Part shown: positions 21,129 to 30,542 of the stretch, piece after piece | Layout of the letters: every line of letters starts with the position of its first letter | Position numbering within the stretch: the first letter of the stretch is position 1 | Virus record (IMG/VR): IMGVR_UViG_3300044611_001416 | Length of the DNA stretch: 64,000 nt | DNA from: an uncultured virus (IMG/VR IMGVR_UViG_3300044611_001416) | Lineage: Duplodnaviria; Heunggongvirae; Uroviricota; Caudoviricetes | Reading direction: 5' to 3' (one strand) | The notes under the pieces: model-generated | What the model saw: the letters and a program-made list of their open reading frames with translations, nothing else | Databases searched by the model: none | Told to the model about the DNA's origin: nothing | Made by a program: the position numbers and the translations under genes

Positions 21129-21860
21129 ATGAAAATTAAAGAAACATATTCTGGTGACCTAAAAACTAAAATGGCGGATGAAATGAGTAAAACAGGTGTT
21201 TTCTCACAAGGTTCAGACGCGGTCCAAACTGCAAACTCTTTTATTAGAAGTATACCTGAAAGTAAAAACAAAAAAGAAGAGATTATTCGTAAACCATTAA
21301 AGAAAGGTTTTACCAATAAGTTAGTTAGTACTAAAAAAATAACAAAACCTATAGGCAAATTAACTATGGGAATGCCAATAATGGGTGAAAAAAAAACAGA
21401 ATCAACAGAATCAACAGGTTCAGGTTCTGCGGGAGGATTCTCAGAGCCATTATTCTCAACAACTAAAAAAGAAATGGAAGAAAATACGTTCAAAGCCCCA
21501 AAACTAACTATGTTTTCGGATGAAAAACCAAAACTTAAAAAAGTTGAGGCGACAGAAGCTACAGGTTCATCATCTTCAGGTGCTTATGAAACCAATGCGG
21601 CTTGGGCAAAATCCACAAGTAAAAAAGATTGGAGAGGTAAATCTAAACCTCAAATACCTGGAGGTAAGTTCGTCCAAGTTAAAGAGAAGTGTAAAAAATT
21701 CCCATACTGTAATCAAGGAGATATTAAAGCTTTAAAAATATTTGAAAACAATACTGTTAAAAAAGTGATTACAAATATTAGTAAAAAACATAACATAAGT
21801 GAAAACGTGATTAAAACGATACTATCTTATGAGTATGAAAATAGTAAATCTAACAAATAA
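21129..21860 (+). CDS. Basic hypothetical protein with repeated E-S/A-T-GS..SAG motifs
   Basis: ESTGSGSAGGF / EATGSSSSGAY repeats and CKKFPYC. Confidence 0.65.
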   Translation: MKIKETYSGDLKTKMADEMSKTGVFSQGSDAVQTANSFIRSIPESKNKKEEIIRKPLKKGFTNKLVSTKKITKPIGKLTMGMPIMGEKKTESTESTGSGSAGGFSEPLFSTTKKEMEENTFKAPKLTMFSDEKPKLKKVEATEATGSSSSGAYETNAAWAKSTSKKDWRGKSKPQIPGGKFVQVKEKCKKFPYCNQGDIKALKIFENNTVKKVITNISKKHNISENVIKTILSYEYENSKSNK

Positions 21861-21897
21861 ACTGAAATATTTAGATATTTATATTAAAAACAAGAAA

Positions 21898-23445
21898 ATG
21901 AAAAACACAAATAACAAATACCTTGATAATTTGGTCGCTAGATTGGTTAAAGAAACCTTAGAGGAAAGAACCGATGAGTTAACTACCAAGATAAATGAAT
22001 TAGGTGGTATGGATGATGGTCATCCTAAATTTGGTAAGTTAAATTTAAATAAAATGTCAGATGAAGACTTAAATGACTTAATGAGTTCTAATGTTGAAGG
22101 TGATGACGACGACTATAAAGACCGAAGTGCGTATAAACCATATTATGGTGAAGAAGATGGTGACGATGATTTCCAAGACGATGATTTCCAATACAATGGT
22201 GACATTGACAATGACTTTGATAATGATGAGGAATTAGACGAATCATCAGAAGTATGTGAATGTGGTGGTGGTATGTATGAAGGTATTTGTGAAGAATGTG
22301 GTTATAGTAAAGTAGACGAAGGAATTGATGATGAAGAAGACCTTAATGGTAAATTTGATTATGTTGAGGAAGAAGTTGATTTTGAAGATGAGGAAGAAAT
22401 TGAAGACGAGACTCAATCAGAAGATAAAGAGGCTTGCAAGTACCATATGGATAATTTTGGTCCTGAGGACAAAAGAACACAACAGTTCTGTGGTTCAAAT
22501 AAAATGGGTTTAAACAAATTTAAATTCTCAATGAATGAAAGATTAAAAGGTCGACAAAGAAATATTGACAAAAACAAAAATGGTAAAATTGATTCTGAAG
22601 ATTTTGAAATGTTAAGAAAAGGTGAGACTAAAGAAGGTAAAATGAATGAGAAATTAAAAGGTCGACAAAGAAATATTGACAAAAACAAAAATGGTAAAAT
22701 TGATTCTGAAGATTTTGAAATGTTAAGAAAAGGTGAGACTAAAGAAGGTAAAAAATCTGTTAAACTTTCTGAGAACGAAATGATTGATTTAATAGAAAAA
22801 CTTGTTAGAGAAGAAAATGCTGGCAAAAAACAAACTAATAATATTAAAAGTGCCGGAAAACCTAAAGGACTTACAAAATACGAACAAATTCACACTAAAG
22901 ATGGTAAAGAAAATGATAACTATCTTAAGGATGTTTCTAAAAAAATGAAAGATTATTTAAAAGACGGTTCTAAAGGTGATTTTGATATGAACCCTAAAAT
23001 GTTTCCTAAAGGAAATGGTGAATTAGCAACAATGAAAAAGAAAGCATATATCCCATCAACTGCGGTTGAGGACTACGTTGACAACTTTACGGCTGCTGCG
23101 TTAGAAAATTTAGATTACGATGGTATCCATGCAAATGAAGAATGGGTAACAGATAACATCGAAGGTTCTTCAAGAACAGGTAATAACCCTGAATGGGCTA
23201 ACACGGGGGAATCTGATGTGAACAAAAAACGTAACAAAATCAGAAAAGATAATATGTTGGCTAAACTTAAGAGAAAGGCCTACAACAAATCACCACAACC
23301 AGTTGTTAACGATACTGCGGGTGAAGATAAAGGTAGTGTGATTATGGCTAAATTAGAGTCAACTGAACCAAAACAAGCGAAACAAATTAATGAAGAGTTT
23401 GATAGAATGAAATCTTTAATAGGTTACAATCAAAAAACTCAATAA
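21898..23445 (+). CDS. Acidic putative head core/scaffold-like protein with duplicated EF-hand-like motif
   Basis: TATTTAT at 21876 favours ATG 21898. Contains D/E-rich tracts, two DKNKNGKIDSEDF motifs and an internal KLSENEM motif. Confidence 0.6.
   Translation: MKNTNNKYLDNLVARLVKETLEERTDELTTKINELGGMDDGHPKFGKLNLNKMSDEDLNDLMSSNVEGDDDDYKDRSAYKPYYGEEDGDDDFQDDDFQYNGDIDNDFDNDEELDESSEVCECGGGMYEGICEECGYSKVDEGIDDEEDLNGKFDYVEEEVDFEDEEEIEDETQSEDKEACKYHMDNFGPEDKRTQQFCGSNKMGLNKFKFSMNERLKGRQRNIDKNKNGKIDSEDFEMLRKGETKEGKMNEKLKGRQRNIDKNKNGKIDSEDFEMLRKGETKEGKKSVKLSENEMIDLIEKLVREENAGKKQTNNIKSAGKPKGLTKYEQIHTKDGKENDNYLKDVSKKMKDYLKDGSKGDFDMNPKMFPKGNGELATMKKKAYIPSTAVEDYVDNFTAAALENLDYDGIHANEEWVTDNIEGSSRTGNNPEWANTGESDVNKKRNKIRKDNMLAKLKRKAYNKSPQPVVNDTAGEDKGSVIMAKLESTEPKQAKQINEEFDRMKSLIGYNQKTQ
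22531..22752 (+). repeat. Near-perfect 111-bp (37-aa) tandem duplication
   Basis: 22531-22641 and 22642-22752 differ only near the unit start. Confidence 0.95.
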
Positions 23446-23492
23446 TTTACAAACACATAATATAACTTATAATTTCTCCATAGACTAACTCT

Positions 23493-23960
23493 ATGGAGAA
23501 TTTTTTTAATTACATATCAAATCCGTTAACTCCTGAGGATGTTGACATCTGGTTTAGGGTAAATAATATCATACCTGAAAAAATAGAGTTATTTTCCGAC
23601 TTCTCACATTCCCTGAACATATTAATTGTTGAAACTTATTTAGGTGAGAATAACACCGCAAATGAAACCAAAATTGTTATGTCGTTAGACGATAATCACA
23701 AACATTTTGAATGGTGTTGGAATAAAATAATTGATAACTTTACTAAAGAGAATATTAGATTCCAACCAATTGGTGACCACTACGAATACTTCCAATCATT
23801 TTTTGTTGATATCTTTTATAATCAAAGTGACGTTAAAATTAGACATTCTATTGATAGTTACCTCAACGACCTTTTTGACACCAAAAAATCTTTCACTAAA
23901 TCTGATTTAGATATGATATTAACCATATATAAAGTCTTAGATAAAAAACTAAAAATTTAA
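23493..23960 (+). CDS. Hypothetical protein
   Basis: 155 aa; the start codon lies within an inverted repeat. Confidence 0.7.
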   Translation: MENFFNYISNPLTPEDVDIWFRVNNIIPEKIELFSDFSHSLNILIVETYLGENNTANETKIVMSLDDNHKHFEWCWNKIIDNFTKENIRFQPIGDHYEYFQSFFVDIFYNQSDVKIRHSIDSYLNDLFDTKKSFTKSDLDMILTIYKVLDKKLKI

Positions 23961-24042
23961 AAAATACCTATATAGTGTTTACTATAGACCAAAAAAAATT
24001 ATTTTATAATAAAACAATAAATAAACTAATTGAATTTTAAAA

Positions 24043-24219
24043 ATGGAAACATTAGAACAAATTAAAACACTAACTGAAGAATTGTCACAAGAAGTGGCCA
24101 AATTCTTTAAAGGTAATAAAAGTGCGGGTACTAGAGCTAGAAAAAACGCTCATGACTTGAAAAATTTATTACAAACACTAAGAACTGAAATACTTGAAGA
24201 AAGAAAAAAACCTCAATAA
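24043..24219 (+). CDS. Histone H1-like protein, Hc1 family (not in ORF track)
   Basis: 58 aa METLEQIK...KGNKSAGTRARKNAHDLK, matching the GNK(A/S)AGTRARK hallmark. Confidence 0.8.
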   Translation: METLEQIKTLTEELSQEVAKFFKGNKSAGTRARKNAHDLKNLLQTLRTEILEERKKPQ

Positions 24220-24407
24220 TGCATAATTTAAATGCAATATATTTGTTTTTATTTATCTTTTCGGTTCTGACCGTAATTAGAACGGTCGCTAGGTTTATAA
24301 GTACCCTATTACAGAACCCACCAAGTCAACTAAAATTGACTAGGTGGGAACTTATACACTTAGGATTATCACTATCCTATGTCATAACCTATTTTATTAA
24401 AAATTAA
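24219..24407 (+). CDS. Small two-TM membrane protein
   Basis: Two hydrophobic segments; translationally coupled to the Hc1-like gene. Confidence 0.65.
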   Translation: MHNLNAIYLFLFIFSVLTVIRTVARFISTLLQNPPSQLKLTRWELIHLGLSLSYVITYFIKN

Positions 24408-24409
24408 TT

Positions 24410-24859
24410 ATGAGTTTATATAAAGAGTTTTCAACATTACTTCCATACATACAGTCTGTAAGGAAACTTAAAAACTATTTAAGTTTTGACGTTAGTTTTC
24501 CTAAAACATGGAAATTACCTAAAAAATATATTGAAGAAGATAAAATTTTAGAACAAGAAAGTACTATTATTGATAATAGATTTTTTTCTTTTGTATCTGA
24601 GATAACTGAAGAAGGTGTTGAAAACACATCTAAAAATATTCAAAATATTATTAAATATAATTTAGAAAGAGAAGAGAAAGAAAAATTATTCCAAAATAAA
24701 GTAGATGAATTAAAGCATATTTTTGAAAAACAAAATCTTAAAAACTTAAAAAGTTTACAATTTGAAATAAAAAATAATAAATTAGAACTTGAATACGATG
24801 AAGAAGAGCTCGAAGGTGCTAGAGTGGTTCCAGAACGAATTAACAAAGGACAAGATTGA
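24410..24859 (+). CDS. Hypothetical protein
   Basis: 149-aa ORF. Confidence 0.7.
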   Translation: MSLYKEFSTLLPYIQSVRKLKNYLSFDVSFPKTWKLPKKYIEEDKILEQESTIIDNRFFSFVSEITEEGVENTSKNIQNIIKYNLEREEKEKLFQNKVDELKHIFEKQNLKNLKSLQFEIKNNKLELEYDEEELEGARVVPERINKGQD

Positions 24860-24992
24860 TTTAGATAAAGGAAAGTCTGATTTAATCAACCAAATTAAAA
24901 AATTAAAAAAGGAAGAAATACTTCCTAAAATACCTCAAACCCCTGAAAAAATATCACTATGGAAGAGAATCAAAAAAGTATTGATGGGATAA
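24789..24992 (+). CDS. Hypothetical protein
   Basis: Overlapping ORF in the operon; probable ATG start at 24798. Confidence 0.55.
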   Translation: MNTMKKSSKVLEWFQNELTKDKIDLDKGKSDLINQIKKLKKEEILPKIPQTPEKISLWKRIKKVLMG

Positions 24993-25273
24993 TTGAAAAA
25001 TTAGCGTTAGTTGCTGATGCGATTGACAGTTTATTTCCTGATGGAAAATCCGCAATCGCCTTTGAACTTAAATCAGAAGATTTTAAAAGAGTTCAAAATA
25101 ACTTTCGACAAGTTGACCATACACATAAACAATTCAAAATAGTTATTTCAAATACCGAATTTATGTTTTTGTTGGATGGGTTGTTGATTGACGAAACAGA
25201 TAGGTTTTCGGAAACCCTTTCTCAGATAAAATTAAATAAAGATACTTCCTCTGAGCAGTTGAATAATCTTTAA
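24959..25273 (+). CDS. Hypothetical protein
   Basis: 104 aa; the 3' end overlaps the convergent gene. Confidence 0.55.
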   Translation: MEENQKSIDGIIEKLALVADAIDSLFPDGKSAIAFELKSEDFKRVQNNFRQVDHTHKQFKIVISNTEFMFLLDGLLIDETDRFSETLSQIKLNKDTSSEQLNNL

Positions 25274-25808
25274 CAAACATACAATCACTTCTTTTTTGAG
25301 ATATGAAATTTTCAGAAAGATTATCTAATAGTCTTGATGAATCATCATCATTTTTTAATGTGAATAAATTATAATTGTCATCGTTTTGTACAATTACTTT
25401 ATTATTTAATTTAGATATCATTTTTAAACCAGGTGGGTCTAAATATTTTTTAATAAAATCATTGATTGTTATTCTAGTATTGGTGGAATAGTCAACAATA
25501 AGTTCCTCTAAATTATATTTTGATATTTTGATAATTGAGAAATCATTATCGTCTAAGTCAACTTTAACCTGTCTACCAAAAACATCTTTCATATACATTG
25601 GTGACAAAGTTCCTGATGTTTTTTCTAACAATGCTAATTCATACAATGATTCGTAACCATTTTCATATTTTTTATCAAAAAAAATGGAATTACTTTTCTC
25701 AACCAATAAATTATATAACTCATTTGCTTTTTTATGTGTTTTAAATTTATTGATTATTTTCTTTTTTACTTTATTCTTAAACAGTACTACTTGATAGTTG
25801 TATGACAT
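25161..25808 (-). CDS. Hypothetical protein
   Basis: 215-aa ORF. Confidence 0.7.
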   Translation of the reverse strand: MSYNYQVVLFKNKVKKKIINKFKTHKKANELYNLLVEKSNSIFFDKKYENGYESLYELALLEKTSGTLSPMYMKDVFGRQVKVDLDDNDFSIIKISKYNLEELIVDYSTNTRITINDFIKKYLDPPGLKMISKLNNKVIVQNDDNYNLFTLKNDDDSSRLLDNLSENFISQKRSDCMFVKDYSTAQRKYLYLILSEKGFPKTYLFRQSTTHPTKT

Positions 25809-25857
25809 TGAAAAATGATAATATTAACTAAATTAGTTTCAAAACAAATATAAGTAA

Positions 25858-26781
25858 ATGAGTATGGATAATTTTTACAATACAATAGGGGTTAATGAAA
25901 CCGCAACACAAGATGAGATTAAAAAAGCTTACCGTAAATTAGCAATTGAACATCATCCAGATAAAGGTGGTGATGAAAATAAATTTAAAAAAATTTCGGA
26001 AGCCTACGATACTTTAGGTGACGAGATTAAAAGAAGTCAATATGACAATCAAAGGCAAAATCCTTTTAATAACATGGGAGGTGGAGGATTCAACCCATTT
26101 GAAGATTTGTTTAAAGGAGCATTTCATACTCAAAGAAGACGAACTGTTCCTGATAAAGTAATTGAAGTTCAGATTAGTGCTCTTGAATCGTTTATTGCGG
26201 GGGATAAGGTAATTAGTTATTCAAGACAACATATGTGTAATGATTGTGTTGGACAAGGTGGAGATAGAGACACTTGTAATGTATGTAATGGAGATGGATT
26301 TATTGTTCAAAAAATTGGTGGAAGTATGTTTTCTCAGGTGGTTAGACAAACGTGTAACAAATGTAAAGGGAATGGATTCGCCTATAAAAAAACTTGTGGT
26401 ACTTGCCACGGACAAACAACTAGGTCTGAAACGGAATCAATTAAGATTAAATTACCACATGGGATTGATGATGGACAATTTTTAAGGTTACAAGGTAAAG
26501 GTGATTATAAAGATGGTATGTATGGTAATTTGGTTATTAGAGTTAAAGTGATGTCTGAAAATAATTTTGAAAAACTTGGGGATGATTTAATCTATAACGC
26601 TTATTTTGATTTAAATGGGTTACACAGTGATAATTTAGAGATTCCGCATCCACAAGGGAATATATCAATTAAATTACCAACTCAATTTGATACATCAAAA
26701 CCCCTTAGAGTTAAATCTAAAGGGTATAATAATGTTGGTGATATGTTTGTTAAACTTTTTGTTAGGTTTAACCGTAATTAA
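25858..26781 (+). CDS. dnaJ: DnaJ chaperone
   Basis: J domain with HPD, G/F region, four CxxCxGxG-type motifs and a C-terminal domain. Confidence 0.92.
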   Translation: MSMDNFYNTIGVNETATQDEIKKAYRKLAIEHHPDKGGDENKFKKISEAYDTLGDEIKRSQYDNQRQNPFNNMGGGGFNPFEDLFKGAFHTQRRRTVPDKVIEVQISALESFIAGDKVISYSRQHMCNDCVGQGGDRDTCNVCNGDGFIVQKIGGSMFSQVVRQTCNKCKGNGFAYKKTCGTCHGQTTRSETESIKIKLPHGIDDGQFLRLQGKGDYKDGMYGNLVIRVKVMSENNFEKLGDDLIYNAYFDLNGLHSDNLEIPHPQGNISIKLPTQFDTSKPLRVKSKGYNNVGDMFVKLFVRFNRN

Positions 26782-26981
26782 TTTGTGAAGTAATTTTGAG
26801 CTTCGTGTATTAATTTTATAGTCCCGTATATTGCGGCAAATAAAATATAGAATGATATTGCAATTAAAAACCACTGTTGTTTTCGGAATTTACCACAAGA
26901 ACTACATTTTTTTGTTGATTTAGAGGATTTACCTGTATTAATTTCGGTTTCATCAATTACTGTTCCTTCGACTGTATCCAT
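26778..26981 (-). CDS. Small membrane protein with CxxC
   Basis: KKCSSC followed by a TM helix. Confidence 0.6.
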   Translation of the reverse strand: MDTVEGTVIDETEINTGKSSKSTKKCSSCGKFRKQQWFLIAISFYILFAAIYGTIKLIHEAQNYFTN

Positions 26982-27099
26982 TGTTTTTTAAATTTAAATA
27001 GTTTATGACCCAAAAGTAATCTAAAAATACATTAAAGTAAAATACCTAAAACATTTGCCTTTTTGGTTTTTTTCACTTATACTTTTAAAAAAAATAACT

Positions 27100-27939
27100 A
27101 TGCTATCATACATCGGAGGTAAAAGTAAAATTGGAAAGTGGATTGTCCCTTTCTACCCTGAGGATATGGAGACGTACGTAGAAACATTCGGAGGGATGTT
27201 TTGGTGTTTCTTCAACATGGATTTATCCAAATATCCAAATCTTAAAGAAGTCGTATATAACGACTTCAATCCATTAAATTATAACTTGTTTCAATGTGTT
27301 AAAAATCCTAAACTATTATTGGATGCGATTAATGCAATACCATGTCAACAATTTGGTGAAGAAATTACACCGTCAATTTACAAAGAACAATTTATCAGCT
27401 TCCAAGCTGAAATATTTGCCGATAATTACAGCGTACAACCTGGCGATTATGTTGTTGCCGCGAAATATGCTTACGTATTAACACAAGTATTTAGTGGTAG
27501 TAAACCTGAAACGAGTGGTTTTATTGACTTAAAAGGTAAGTATAAATCAAAATACCTTACATTTAGAGATAAGTTATCTAAACCTGAATGGGTTGAACAT
27601 TTTTTAAAGATAACCAAGGTTGAGAATATGGATTTTGAGGATGTTATTAAAAAATATGACTCACCAACAACATATATCTATTTGGACCCACCTTATTGGA
27701 AAACGGAAAATTATTACAATAATCATGACTTTGATAGAGATGACCATGAGAGATTGGCTAATGTATTAAAAGATATTAAAGGTAAATTTAGTTTATCTTA
27801 TTATGACTTTGAATTATTACATACTTGGTTTCCTGAACCAAAATATCGATGGGAGAAAAAAGAATTCGCCAAAGCTGCGGCGGCTAAAAAAGGTAAGACT
27901 CAAAACATGGGGGAAGAACTTTTAATTATGAATTACTAA
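27100..27939 (+). CDS. DNA adenine methyltransferase, D12/Dam class
   Basis: YIGGKS, VETFGG, YND and YLDPPY motifs. ATG 27100 preferred. Confidence 0.9.
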   Translation: MLSYIGGKSKIGKWIVPFYPEDMETYVETFGGMFWCFFNMDLSKYPNLKEVVYNDFNPLNYNLFQCVKNPKLLLDAINAIPCQQFGEEITPSIYKEQFISFQAEIFADNYSVQPGDYVVAAKYAYVLTQVFSGSKPETSGFIDLKGKYKSKYLTFRDKLSKPEWVEHFLKITKVENMDFEDVIKKYDSPTTYIYLDPPYWKTENYYNNHDFDRDDHERLANVLKDIKGKFSLSYYDFELLHTWFPEPKYRWEKKEFAKAAAAKKGKTQNMGEELLIMNY

Positions 27940-27988
27940 ATAATGGATTATTTCTTAATTCTGAATATTTATATTAAAAACATTTAAA

Positions 27989-29365
27989 ATGAGAATAACA
28001 ACATTACTTTCGAATTTAATAGTAGAACAATCTAGATTTCAGGTTTTATTTGATAAATTAGTTAAACCTGCCACTAAATCTAAAAATATTGAGACAGGAA
28101 AAAAACCAAAAGGTATTATGGATTTTGAAACCCTAAAGGCGATTATCCTTGCTGACCCAACAACTAGAGTACCTGAAGGTAAAGATATAGACACTTTATC
28201 CATGGAAGATATGGAAAGAGTTAAAGTTGGTAAATACTCACAATGGTTACTTAAAAACTATGTTAGTCCTCAGATTGAAACTGATGATGAAGTTGATTTT
28301 AAAAGTCCTGCATATCAAAAGTCTTTAGTTGAAGGCCGAAGATTATTCATGGAGGATTTATATAAAACTACCGCTGATTTAGTTAAGTTTGAAAAGGCTA
28401 AACCCTATTTACCCCAAGAACAAAGAGACATCAATAAATTTACGGTAACATCATTATTTGATACTTTAAAAGATTTTCAAATTCCTGAAAAGAAAAGGGG
28501 TGAACTTGAAAAGAAAGAAGCTAAAAAATCAAGAGAAGGTTTTAACCACGCTGGTGGTAAAATCGTTTATGAAGGTCCAAATTGGACAATGATTAAAATT
28601 GAAGACCAAGGTAGTGTTGGTAAAGACGCGGCGGTTTACTATGGTGGATTCCATGAGTACGACCAAGGAGAATCAAGATGGTGTACGTCATCACCTGGAT
28701 TAACTTATTTTAATGGATACATTAAAGATGGCCCATTATATGTCGTATTTCCAAATGATGACAAAGGTTTAGTTGGTAAAAAAACAGGTTTACCACAAGA
28801 AAGATTCCAATTCCATTTCCCTTCAAATCAGTTTATGGATAGACATGACAGACAAATTAATTTAGTTGAATATTTGAACGGACCTATGTCTGAACTCAAG
28901 GACTTCTTCAAACCTGAATTTGCGAAAGGATTAGTAACTAAAGGTGGTAATAAGGTTGAAATTAACTATCCTGATAGTTCTGCGGGTAAATTTGTTGCTT
29001 TATATGGATTTGATGAATTATTTGATAGTTTACCTGAAAATATAGAACACTTATTAATTAATAACAAATCAAAAGAAGAGATTGCGTTAACAGTTCCTGA
29101 GTCTTTAGGTAGATTCAAAGACTTACAAGCATTGTTATTACAAAATATCGCTAAAACATTACCTGAGTCAATCGGTCAATTACAGAATTTAAATTTCTTG
29201 GCGTTACCGTCAAATAAATCGTTACAAAGTTTACCTGAATCAATTGCTGATATACCAGGTTTAGCGTTTATTAACTTAAAAGATAGTAACCCTGGTGTTA
29301 AAATACCTGAAAGATTAAAAGAAAAACTATCTGATGAAGGTAGTGGGTTTTATTATGTAAACTAA
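27989..29365 (+). CDS. Protein with C-terminal leucine-rich repeats
   Basis: VPESLGRFKDL, LPESIGQLQNL and LPESIADIPGL LRR units; central RWCTS domain. Confidence 0.75.
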   Translation: MRITTLLSNLIVEQSRFQVLFDKLVKPATKSKNIETGKKPKGIMDFETLKAIILADPTTRVPEGKDIDTLSMEDMERVKVGKYSQWLLKNYVSPQIETDDEVDFKSPAYQKSLVEGRRLFMEDLYKTTADLVKFEKAKPYLPQEQRDINKFTVTSLFDTLKDFQIPEKKRGELEKKEAKKSREGFNHAGGKIVYEGPNWTMIKIEDQGSVGKDAAVYYGGFHEYDQGESRWCTSSPGLTYFNGYIKDGPLYVVFPNDDKGLVGKKTGLPQERFQFHFPSNQFMDRHDRQINLVEYLNGPMSELKDFFKPEFAKGLVTKGGNKVEINYPDSSAGKFVALYGFDELFDSLPENIEHLLINNKSKEEIALTVPESLGRFKDLQALLLQNIAKTLPESIGQLQNLNFLALPSNKSLQSLPESIADIPGLAFINLKDSNPGVKIPERLKEKLSDEGSGFYYVN

Positions 29366-29394
29366 TTTACTTATTTTTTTACAAAAATAATGTT

Positions 29395-29685
29395 ATGGGA
29401 AATGTTGACGTAGACATATATGTTAATCAGTTTATATCATTTTTTGATAAAAACCCTGAAGAGTTAAAAATTTTAATCGGTGATGTGGATAAAAATGAAT
29501 TTTATCTTAAAGTTACTGAACAATGTTATGTTAATGTTGAAAATGGGGAAGAAATTTCTTTAACAAGGCCTCAGATACTTAAAATAATTGTTAAACTTAG
29601 AAAGAGTGAAATTACTATCTTTGAAAAAACTAAGATTTACGAAATTCACCAAAAAACAAAATTCGGAAACATTTGTTTAAATTAA
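29395..29685 (+). CDS. Hypothetical protein
   Basis: 96-aa ORF. Confidence 0.65.
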   Translation: MGNVDVDIYVNQFISFFDKNPEELKILIGDVDKNEFYLKVTEQCYVNVENGEEISLTRPQILKIIVKLRKSEITIFEKTKIYEIHQKTKFGNICLN

Positions 29686-29686
29686 A

Positions 29687-29718
29687 TTTGGTAATATGAA
29701 TGGTATTCATTACTTTTG
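29687..29718 (+). promoter_or_regulatory. Bacteroidota-type promoter
   Basis: TTTG-N20-TACTTTTG. Confidence 0.7.
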
Positions 29719-29744
29719 TATTATAAATTTAAAAACAACAAAAT

Positions 29745-30500
29745 ATGTCATACACTTCCGAGTCAATTAAATCAACCGCACCAGCAGTATTTGCAACGTT
29801 CCCATCTCAAAAGATGTCGGATAAGTATGTTTTCGTACCAACATTTGAAATTCTTGAGAATTTTGAACGTGAGGGATGGCAATTATCATCTGTTAAACAA
29901 ACAGGTCGTGGTGAACATGGTGTTCACGAATTAAGATTTCGTAATGGGGAATTACCTAAAGTTGGTGATTCAATCGTAGAGGCAATTATTCGTAACTCGC
30001 ATAACGGATTGGCAACATTCTCAGTTAGTGCTGGCCTTCATCGATTAGTATGTAGTAACGGTTTAACGGTACCTACGTCACTTTCTGAGTCATTCAACCT
30101 TAGACATCAAAGATTTGATTTAAATGAGGTAAAACAACTTACAGAGAGTTTTGCGGGACGGTTACCTGTAATCCAAAGGTCAGTAGACCGAATGATGAAT
30201 AAAGAACTGACTTTACCTGAGAAAATTCAATTCATTAAGAAAGCTATCAACACTCGTTGGAAGACTGGTACTGTACCGCCAACTCTTGATGTTATGGAGA
30301 TTATGTACCCTAAACGTGAGGAAGATAACAAGAATGACTTATGGACGGTATTCAATGTGGTACAAGAGAAGTTTATTAAAGGTGGTCTTGAGTATCAAAC
30401 ACAAAGAGGTAGAAAAACATCCTTAAGAGGTTTAAGTAGTATTATGGCGGTTAACCAAGTTAATACCAAACTTTGGGAACTTGCAGAAGAGATGTGTTAA
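29745..30500 (+). CDS. DUF932 (DUF945) family protein
   Basis: NSHNG, AGLHRLVCSNGL and DLWTVFNVVQE motifs. Confidence 0.85.
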   Translation: MSYTSESIKSTAPAVFATFPSQKMSDKYVFVPTFEILENFEREGWQLSSVKQTGRGEHGVHELRFRNGELPKVGDSIVEAIIRNSHNGLATFSVSAGLHRLVCSNGLTVPTSLSESFNLRHQRFDLNEVKQLTESFAGRLPVIQRSVDRMMNKELTLPEKIQFIKKAINTRWKTGTVPPTLDVMEIMYPKREEDNKNDLWTVFNVVQEKFIKGGLEYQTQRGRKTSLRGLSSIMAVNQVNTKLWELAEEMC

Positions 30501-30504
30501 TTTA

Positions 30505-30527
30505 AATGGGGGTAATAATCCCCCATT
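30505..30527 (+). terminator. Terminator-like hairpin
   Basis: AATGGGGG-N7-CCCCCATT. Confidence 0.65.
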
Positions 30528-30542
30528 CATTTAATTTAAATT

